NCBI GenBank assembly: GCA_030608005.1
Contig: JAUWIX010000001.1
Span: forward strand, 14,375 to 78,374
Direction: 5' to 3'
DNA length: 64,000 nt
Origin: Dehalococcoidia bacterium
Lineage (GTDB): Bacteria; Chloroflexota; Dehalococcoidia; Dehalococcoidales; BS750m-G39
The translations under genes were made by a program, and so were the position numbers. The notes beneath the pieces are model-generated. The model was not told the DNA's origin. It saw only the letters and a program-made list of their open reading frames with translations, and did not search any database. Below are positions 57,575 to 64,000 of this stretch, piece after piece (positions within the stretch are counted from its first letter, which is position 1; every line of letters begins with the position of its first letter).

Positions 57575-59083
57575 ATGACATCCAGATTAGACCGTATAGC
57601 TCAACAGCGCCGGCAAAAGCTTGACCGAATTCGCGGTCGTGGCATTGACCCCTACCCCTATGGCTATCACCGTAGCCACACCACTCAACAAGCAGTCGAA
57701 AAACTTAAAAAGTGGGAATCAAAAGATGCTACTGAAAAAGCTGCTGACCGTCTTGCCGGTAAACTCCAGGTTAATGTTGCCGGACGGATTATGGCGATAA
57801 GGCGAATGGGCAAGAGCGCATTCTTTGACCTGCGTGACGGCTCAGGGAGGATTCAGCTATTATTCCAGGACATAAACCAGTTTGATGAAAAAGACCTTGA
57901 GCTGTTTAAGGATTTAGATATTGGTGACATTATCGGGGTCAGTGGCCCTCTACTTTGGACAAAAAGTGGTGAACCTACCGTTTGGGTAGCAGAATTTACC
58001 TTGTTGGCTAAGTCGCTCCAGCCATTACCTGAAAAGTGGCACGGGCTTAGCGATGTGGACAAGCGATATCGCCAACGCTACCTAGACCTCATTGCCAATG
58101 CTGAAGCCAAGGAAATTTTCCGGGTGCGCAGCCAAGTTATTGCTGCCATCCGTGAGTTCCTCAACCAGCGAGGATTCTTAGAAGTAGAAACGCCGGTGCT
58201 ACAGCCCTTAGCCGGGGGTGCCTTAGCCCGCCCCTTTACCACCCACCACCATGCCCTTGACCAGGACTTCTATCTGCGCATTGCCCTTGAGCTTCATCTC
58301 AAGCGACTGATTATAGGCGGCTTTGACAAGGTATACGAGCTGGGTCGCATTTTCCGCAACGAGGGTATCTCCACCAAGCACAACCCCGAGTTCACCATGC
58401 TGGAAAGTTATGAAGCCTATGTCGACTATCAAGATGTGATGAAAATGCTTGAGAGAATGGTATCCCTTATTGCTCGCAAAATCATGGGTAGATATGAGAT
58501 TGAATTCGGTGATAACAACCTTAACTTCAAACCACCATGGCAGCGCTTAGAATTGCGCCAGGCAATCATCAAATACAGTGGCATTGATTTTGAGCAGTAT
58601 CCTGATGCCGATTCGCTCAGGGCGGAAATGCTAAAGCTAAAAATGGAGGTTGACCCTCAAAAGGACAGGGGCAGACTTATAGATGAGCTTATCTCAACCT
58701 TTGTCGAGCCAAATATGATACAACCCACCTTCCTTCTAGACTACCCGGTGGAGATGTCACCCCTAGCCAAGACCAAACCTGGTAACCAGCGCATGGTAGA
58801 GCGCTTTGAAGCCTTTGCCGGGGGAATGGAGATTGCCAACGCCTTCACTGAACTCAACGACCCTATAGAGCAGAGAGAGCGCTTTCTGCAACAACAAAAG
58901 GAGCGTAAGCCAGAAGATGAGACAACGGAGACCATTGACCAAGATTTTCTGCTGGCGCTGGAGTATGGTATGCCCCCTACCGGAGGGCTGGGCGTTGGCA
59001 TCGACCGCCTGGTGATGCTGCTCACCGGTCAGCAATCAATCCGTCAGGTTATTTTGTTTCCCCAGCTCAGGGAAAAGCCATAG
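57575..59083 (+). CDS. lysS: lysine-tRNA ligase (class II)
   Basis: 502 aa. An OB anticodon-binding domain is present, with class II motifs YLRIA.EL.LKR, FRNEG and GGLGVGIDRLVM. Confidence 0.94.
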   Translation: MTSRLDRIAQQRRQKLDRIRGRGIDPYPYGYHRSHTTQQAVEKLKKWESKDATEKAADRLAGKLQVNVAGRIMAIRRMGKSAFFDLRDGSGRIQLLFQDINQFDEKDLELFKDLDIGDIIGVSGPLLWTKSGEPTVWVAEFTLLAKSLQPLPEKWHGLSDVDKRYRQRYLDLIANAEAKEIFRVRSQVIAAIREFLNQRGFLEVETPVLQPLAGGALARPFTTHHHALDQDFYLRIALELHLKRLIIGGFDKVYELGRIFRNEGISTKHNPEFTMLESYEAYVDYQDVMKMLERMVSLIARKIMGRYEIEFGDNNLNFKPPWQRLELRQAIIKYSGIDFEQYPDADSLRAEMLKLKMEVDPQKDRGRLIDELISTFVEPNMIQPTFLLDYPVEMSPLAKTKPGNQRMVERFEAFAGGMEIANAFTELNDPIEQRERFLQQQKERKPEDETTETIDQDFLLALEYGMPPTGGLGVGIDRLVMLLTGQQSIRQVILFPQLREKP

Positions 59084-59092
59084 AGAGGGAAA

Positions 59093-59677
59093 ATGTCGCT
59101 GGTACCAGCCTTTGAAATAGGTGTGTGGAACGCTTGGATTTTCACGAGCAGCTTTCTGCTGCAAATGCTGACGGTTCTACTCCTGGGCAAGAGGGTGTGG
59201 GCCAGAAGCTCACTTCCCTCTGATATCAAGCGAAGCAAGCTGGAAAAGAGTGCGCCCCTGATAGGCAACTCAGTCTGGCTTCTGGCTATAATCTACTCTA
59301 TTTTTCTGCCTCTTCAACTGGGGACACTCTGGTTCTATCCTGGACTGGTCATCTTTCTCATAGGGTTAGGTGTCTTAATCACGGCCACAATTAACTTCAC
59401 CGCCGCACCATTTGATAAGCCGATTACCCATGGGATATATCATTACTCCAGACATCCCATGTATCTCGCTACTTTTTTAATATTCCTGGGTACCAGTATC
59501 GCTACTGCTTCCTGGGTGTTTTTCCTCCTGGGTATAGCCAATATTTTCTGGATGCGAACGGAGTTGCTCGTTGAGGAAAGATATTGCCTTAAGAGATATA
59601 GTGATACCTACAGCGAATATATGAATGGAACTCCAAGATGGATAGGAATACCGAAATCGGTGGAAAGTGATAAATAA
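59093..59677 (+). CDS. isoprenylcysteine carboxyl / phospholipid methyltransferase-family membrane protein
   Basis: 194 aa polytopic protein. HGIYHYSRHPMYLA and EE..L...Y...Y..Y motifs are typical of the ICMT/PEMT family. Confidence 0.7.
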   Translation: MSLVPAFEIGVWNAWIFTSSFLLQMLTVLLLGKRVWARSSLPSDIKRSKLEKSAPLIGNSVWLLAIIYSIFLPLQLGTLWFYPGLVIFLIGLGVLITATINFTAAPFDKPITHGIYHYSRHPMYLATFLIFLGTSIATASWVFFLLGIANIFWMRTELLVEERYCLKRYSDTYSEYMNGTPRWIGIPKSVESDK

Positions 59678-59693
59678 GATAAAGAAAAACTAT

Positions 59694-59780
59694 AAGGAGA
59701 GTCAAAGAGAAGCGAAGCCTCTCTTATAAAACCCATTCCCCTCCCTTATAAGGGAGGGGAATAAAGGGGGAGGGTTGGTA
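59694..59780 (+). repeat. composite intergenic repeat, forward; its tail ends 7 nt before the serS ATG
   Basis: aggagagtcaaagagaagcgaagcctctctt is followed by ataaaacccatt. Hairpin B is cccctccc-ttataa-gggagggg. The tail is aataaagggggagggttggtaa. The 5' part is nearly identical to 611-640. Confidence 0.88.
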
Positions 59781-59787
59781 AACTATT

Positions 59788-61035
59788 ATGCTTGACCTGA
59801 AATTTATCCGAGAAAATATAGACCTAGTGCAAGAGGCGGTAGCCAAGCGCCAGGATACTGCCCCACTAGATGAGATTCTAGAGCTTGACCTGGAGCGTCG
59901 CCAGAAGGTGCTTGAGCTAGAAAGCCTCAGGCACATCCGAAAAGAGGCTGCCAGAGAAAGGAAAATAGCCAAGGAAACTACAGATGAGGGGCGTGAGCTG
60001 CGTTCCAAGATAAGAGTTCTGGAGGAAGAAGTCCGGAGCCTGGATAATCAAATTGAGGGACTCCTGCTTCAGGTGCCCAATATCCCCCAGCCAACGGTGC
60101 CTTTGGGTAAGGATGAAAGGGATAACCCAATAGTTCGCTCCTGGGGGGAGCCAAAAAGCTTTGATTTCCCGCCAGCCCCACACTGGAAACTGGGTGAATC
60201 TCTGGGCATCATCGACTTTGAACGGGGGGTAAAGCTTTCCGGCACCCGCTTCTATGTGCTCAAGGGGTTAGGCGCCCGACTGCAAAGAGCCATCATCTCC
60301 TTCATGCTCGACCTCCATACCACCGAGCATGGCTATCAGGAGGTATATCCACCGTTTATGGTCAAGAGGGAATGCATGGTGGGCTCTGGCAACCTGCCTA
60401 AATTTGCCGATACCCTGTACCATGATGAAGAGGATGACTTCTGGTTCGTGCCTACGGCTGAGGTGCCAATCACCAACCTCCACCGCGATGAAATTATACC
60501 GCCGGGAGTCCTGCCTATCTATTATGTCGCCTACACCGCCTGTTTTCGCCGGGAGAAAATGTCGGCGGGAAAGGATACCCGAGGTATAAAACGAGGTCAT
60601 CAGTTTGATAAGGTGGAGCTATATAAATTCACCGAGCCATTTACCTCTGACCAGGAGCTGGAGAAACTGGTGAACGACGCCGAACAGGTCTGCCAAAAAC
60701 TGGGGCTTCCCTATCGGGTGAAACAGCTTTGCACCGCCGATTTAGGCTTCGCTTCCAGCAAATCCTATGATATTGAAATGTGGGCTCCAGGCTGTAGTGA
60801 GTGGTTAGAGGTAAGCTCCTGCTCCGACTGCGGAGATTTTCAAGCCCGGCGAGCCGACATCCGCTACCGCCCAGCGTCTGACGCCAAACCCCAATTTGTC
60901 CATACCTTAAATGGCTCAGGGTTAGCCCTGCCCCGGGTTCTCATTGCCCTACTGGAGAACTACCAGCAGGCTGACGGCTCTATCTTAATTCCTGAAGTCC
61001 TCCAGCCTTATGTGGGGCAGAAGGTAATTAAATGA
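59788..61035 (+). CDS. serS: serine-tRNA ligase
   Basis: 415 aa. An N-terminal coiled-coil arm (MLDLKFIREN) is present, with class II motifs FRRE, GH.FDKVE and NGSGLA.PR. Confidence 0.94.
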   Translation: MLDLKFIRENIDLVQEAVAKRQDTAPLDEILELDLERRQKVLELESLRHIRKEAARERKIAKETTDEGRELRSKIRVLEEEVRSLDNQIEGLLLQVPNIPQPTVPLGKDERDNPIVRSWGEPKSFDFPPAPHWKLGESLGIIDFERGVKLSGTRFYVLKGLGARLQRAIISFMLDLHTTEHGYQEVYPPFMVKRECMVGSGNLPKFADTLYHDEEDDFWFVPTAEVPITNLHRDEIIPPGVLPIYYVAYTACFRREKMSAGKDTRGIKRGHQFDKVELYKFTEPFTSDQELEKLVNDAEQVCQKLGLPYRVKQLCTADLGFASSKSYDIEMWAPGCSEWLEVSSCSDCGDFQARRADIRYRPASDAKPQFVHTLNGSGLALPRVLIALLENYQQADGSILIPEVLQPYVGQKVIK

Positions 61036-61120
61036 AAGGCTGGGGCAATTATCAACCAGCATAGCTATTCTATCCCCTAACAACAATGCCCAGTAATACA
61101 TTTGCCAGGAGGTACAAGCC

Positions 61121-63169
61121 TTGAAGCTTATTAAAACCGACTGCATATTGTGTGTCTGGGGGTGTGGCATAAATGCCTATGTTGAACAGGGCAAACTGGT
61201 CAAGGTGGAAGGCATGGCTGAGCACCCGTTAAACCAAGGTATGCTGTGCCCCAGAGGCAAAGCGCTAGTAGATTATGTCTATTCGCCAGACCGCCTGAAA
61301 TACCCGATGAAAAAGGAAAACGGGGGCTGGAAACGCATCTCCTGGGACGAGGCGCTGGATATAATTGCCACCGAACTGCAACAGGTTAAGGATAAATACG
61401 ATGCTAAGGCACTGGCTATCTTCTGCGGCTCAATAGGGGTGGAAAATTATGAGCTGGCTGCCTTCGCCAGCCGGTTTGGCGGTGTTTACGGCACACCAAA
61501 CTTCCTCTCGGTGGAGAGTAACTGCTACCGCTCCCGCATCCTAGCTCGCCAGCTTACCTTCGGCACCTACTTGATAGAGGAGCCAGAAAGGGCGAAATGT
61601 GTCATCCTGTGGGGACACGACCCGGTTCACTCAAAACTCCCACTAGCTAGGCAAATCTACAAAGCCCTGGATAACGGGCTAAAGCTAATCGTTATCGACC
61701 CAAAGCGCACCCCTCTGGCAAAAAGAGGCACGCATATTCCGATAAGACCCGGAACTGACTGTGCCCTAGCTCTGGGTATGCTAAATGTCATCATATCAGA
61801 AGACCTCTATGATAAAGAATTTGTCGATAAATATACTATTGGCTTTGATAAACTGAAGGAGCATGTCGAGCAATATCCGCCGGAGAAGGTAGAAAGGATA
61901 ACCTGGGTGCCAGCGGCTGATATAAGGAGGATTGCTCGAATATTTGCCACCGCTAAATCAGCGTCCATCGTTCAGGGTGTCTGTGCTCTGGACCAGCAAA
62001 TAAACGGCTTACAGAATAACCGAGTGCTATCTATCCTACAAACGGTAACGGGAAACATCGATAAGCCCGGTGGCTGGGTTGCTGTCCCCTTCCCCCGACT
62101 GGGCAGCCTTCACATCAAGGTTGAAGAAGAACCCATTGGGGCTGCTGAGCATCCCCTGTTCTACCGTCTCTGGGGCAGGACTTCTCCCTATGGTCAGGCA
62201 ATGTATCTTGCTAATACGGTGCTAACCGAAAAGCCATATCCTATCAAAGCCCTGATTGTTACCGGCGGTAATCCAGCCCTTACCCTGCCCGATTCCAGCA
62301 AAATTAAACGAGCATTAGAGAAACTGGATTTTCTGGTGGTTATAGACCTATTCATGACCGAAACCGCCAAGATGGCTGATATTGTGCTCCCTGCCTGCTC
62401 CTTCATGGAACGGAGCGGGGTAGGCTATGTTTATGGGGTAACCAGTGGCATGCCCTATATTTTATTGCGCAAGAAGGTGATAGAGCCGCTGTGGGAATGC
62501 TGGCCCGACTGGAGGTTTTGGTGCGAACTGGGGAGAAGAATGGGCTATGGGGCATACTTCCCGTGGCAAACCGATGAGGAGGTGGTGGAGCACTGGCTAA
62601 AACCCACCGGATTAACCATCGAGCAGCTAAGCGAGCAAAACCCAGAGGGCGTTTTCTTCGCTACTAAAAAATATGATATGGCGCAAAAGGGTGAATTCAG
62701 GACGCCTTCAAAGAAGATTGAGATTTATTCACTGACACTGGCTGAGCATGGCTATGACCCATTGCCAGCTCATATTGAGCCCAGCCAAAGCCCTGTTAGT
62801 CGTCCAGACTTAGTCAAAGAATACCCCCTGATTCTAACCACTGGCTCCCGAACCCTGGAATATACCCACACCCAGATGAGAAATGTGCCCCGGTTGCGGA
62901 AGTCTGCCCCTGAACCAATGGCTGAGATTCACCTTGATACCGCCATAAAATATGGCATTACTGATGGCAATACCATAGCTGTGGAAACAAGAAAGGGAAA
63001 CATAAAAATCAAGGTCAGAACCACTGAAGACCTGACACCGGGGATAGTCAGTATTCCCCATGGCTGGGCTCAGGCTAACGCCAATCTGCTGACTGAGCTA
63101 GAGCCCCGCGACCCAGTTACCGGTTATACTGAACTCAAAGCCCTGCTGTGCAGAATAAGGAAGGTTTGA
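61121..63169 (+). CDS. cytoplasmic molybdopterin (bis-PGD) oxidoreductase, DMSO-reductase superfamily, unknown substrate
   Basis: 682 aa. The N-terminal 4Fe-4S motif is C..C..GC....V..GK...V.G...P.N.G.LC..G. There is no twin-arginine signal and no in-frame TGA. The start is TTG, preceded by AGGAGG 8 nt upstream. Confidence 0.8.
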   Translation: MKLIKTDCILCVWGCGINAYVEQGKLVKVEGMAEHPLNQGMLCPRGKALVDYVYSPDRLKYPMKKENGGWKRISWDEALDIIATELQQVKDKYDAKALAIFCGSIGVENYELAAFASRFGGVYGTPNFLSVESNCYRSRILARQLTFGTYLIEEPERAKCVILWGHDPVHSKLPLARQIYKALDNGLKLIVIDPKRTPLAKRGTHIPIRPGTDCALALGMLNVIISEDLYDKEFVDKYTIGFDKLKEHVEQYPPEKVERITWVPAADIRRIARIFATAKSASIVQGVCALDQQINGLQNNRVLSILQTVTGNIDKPGGWVAVPFPRLGSLHIKVEEEPIGAAEHPLFYRLWGRTSPYGQAMYLANTVLTEKPYPIKALIVTGGNPALTLPDSSKIKRALEKLDFLVVIDLFMTETAKMADIVLPACSFMERSGVGYVYGVTSGMPYILLRKKVIEPLWECWPDWRFWCELGRRMGYGAYFPWQTDEEVVEHWLKPTGLTIEQLSEQNPEGVFFATKKYDMAQKGEFRTPSKKIEIYSLTLAEHGYDPLPAHIEPSQSPVSRPDLVKEYPLILTTGSRTLEYTHTQMRNVPRLRKSAPEPMAEIHLDTAIKYGITDGNTIAVETRKGNIKIKVRTTEDLTPGIVSIPHGWAQANANLLTELEPRDPVTGYTELKALLCRIRKV

Positions 63170-63204
63170 CGCCTGAAGCCCTAATCTTTATACTAAATTA
63201 AGAG

Positions 63205-63296
63205 GGAGGGGTGTCCGAGTGGTTTAAGGAGACGGTCCTGAAAACCGTTGCTCCGATATACCGGAGCCGTGGGTTCGAATCCCACCCCCTCCGCCA
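63205..63296 (+). tRNA. tRNA-Ser (anticodon TGA), type II with long variable arm, CCA encoded
   Basis: Acceptor GGAGGGG/CCCCTCC, anticodon arm ACGGT-CCTGAAA-ACCGT, variable stem GCTCCG/CGGAGC, T arm GTGGG-TTCGAAT-CCCAC, then G-CCA. Position 33 reads C rather than the usual T. Confidence 0.85.
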
Positions 63297-64000
63297 CTAT
63301 TCTTGAGTATCTGTCCGTATTTAATCAAACCGGCTAAACCAGTTATTGCCCTCTCGGGAAGGGGAAAGGTGGGAATACGGCTCCCCTCAAGTGCATTTAT
63401 CTCGGCATAAGCTAAGCCTTTAGGCGAGTCCAAACACACCGCTATTGGCTTTCCGAGGTCTCTAGCCGTGTCAGCAACATCAACCACAGCCCTCATCACC
63501 TCCATATTTGACCCATAGAAGACAGCGGCTACAGCTACTGCATCAACGCCACCATCGTCTAAAACAACCTTCAGCATCTCCTGGCAAGCATCAAACTCAT
63601 TTGATTTCCAGGCTAGGTCAACGGGGTTATCCACAGCATTAAGTGGCGATGACAATTGCCTGAGCCTGCGCTTTGTAACTGGTGAAAGTTGAGTCAGCCT
63701 CAAGCCTAATTGCCGACATTTGTCAGCCATAATTATTCCCGGGCCAGCCTGAACCGAGAAAATAGCCACCCTATTACCCATCGCCACTGGCTGGAAGGCT
63801 AGTGCCTTAGCTACATCAACCAATTCTGTCAGACCATCAACCACAATCATTCCCGCCTGCTTGAAAGCGGCTTTATAGAACTCGTATTTGCCAGCCAAGG
63901 CACCAGTGTGGGATAAGGTAGCCCTGTCCATCTCCTCACCCCTACCCGCCTTATACACCACGATTGGCTTTCGCTTTGTCACCTGCCTGGCAACATTGGT
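63224..64000 (-). CDS. ADP-forming acetyl/acyl-CoA synthetase-family protein, C-terminal part (5' end outside the window)
   Basis: PIVVYKAGRGE....A.SHTGALAG and later domain motifs match NDP-forming acyl-CoA synthetases. The frame is open to the window end. Its last ~24 codons run antisense through tRNA-Ser. Confidence 0.75.
   Translation of the reverse strand, partial: TNVARQVTKRKPIVVYKAGRGEEMDRATLSHTGALAGKYEFYKAAFKQAGMIVVDGLTELVDVAKALAFQPVAMGNRVAIFSVQAGPGIIMADKCRQLGLRLTQLSPVTKRRLRQLSSPLNAVDNPVDLAWKSNEFDACQEMLKVVLDDGGVDAVAVAAVFYGSNMEVMRAVVDVADTARDLGKPIAVCLDSPKGLAYAEINALEGSRIPTFPLPERAITGLAGLIKYGQILKNSGGGGGIRTHGSGISEQRFSGPSP

Noticed and set aside
61121-63169. Whether the molybdopterin oxidoreductase is the formate dehydrogenase missing from the Wood-Ljungdahl cluster, possibly with selenocysteine.
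   Set aside because: The frame contains no in-frame TGA. The presumed Mo-ligand region reads SNCYRSR rather than the Cys/Sec-His context I associate with FDH. No FDH accessory or electron-transfer subunit genes are adjacent. I leave it as an oxidoreductase of unknown substrate.

Overview
The window is a dense bacterial chromosomal segment with about 62 protein genes and 3 tRNAs. I found no rRNA, CRISPR array, transposase or integrase. The bacterial assignment rests on NAD-dependent ligA, dnaX-ybaB-recR, recO, pth, rnhB and class II lysS. The gene content suggests an anaerobic, Chloroflexota/Dehalococcoidia-like organism, but that is inference only.

Layout:
- 1-5.5 kb: housekeeping genes (tpiA fragment, miaA, dapF, a dapL-like aminotransferase, hflX).
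- 5.5-6.9 kb: a small AT-rich island next to tRNA-Met.
- 6.96-20.84 kb: one tightly packed minus-strand Wood-Ljungdahl operon, in transcription order cooC-fhs-cooC-membrane ORF-folD-small ORF-acsD-acsA/cooS-acsB-acsC-acsE-metF-DUF3786.
- 21-45 kb: mixed housekeeping genes (sbcD, glyQS, thiE, yraN, rnhB, mnmA, tmk, pdxST, ribF, tyrS, serA, ligA, pth).
- 45.4-49.6 kb: an eno-gap operon interrupted by a TcmP-like gene and a 2-hydroxyacyl-CoA-dehydratase-like gene.
- 49.6-52.1 kb: a tandem pair of tubulin/FtsZ-superfamily genes.
- 52.2-63.3 kb: dnaX-ybaB-recR, a cassette-like region in front of recO, lysS, serS, a molybdopterin oxidoreductase and tRNA-Ser.

Most notable observations:
1. Two adjacent, diverged tubulin/CetZ-like GTPases, each with its own near-identical promoter and leader and a shared C-terminal LPSL peptide, in an otherwise bacterial context.
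2. Three tandem copies of the recO 5' end that delimit two small cargo cassettes. One orphan copy differs from the live gene only by synonymous changes.
3. A modular two-hairpin, G-tract-rich intergenic repeat family at 11 or more loci. It shows compensatory stem changes and often sits directly in front of start codons.
4. A TcmP-like plus HGD-like gene pair translationally coupled inside the glycolytic operon.

All functional calls come from reading motifs in the supplied translations. No database search was possible.
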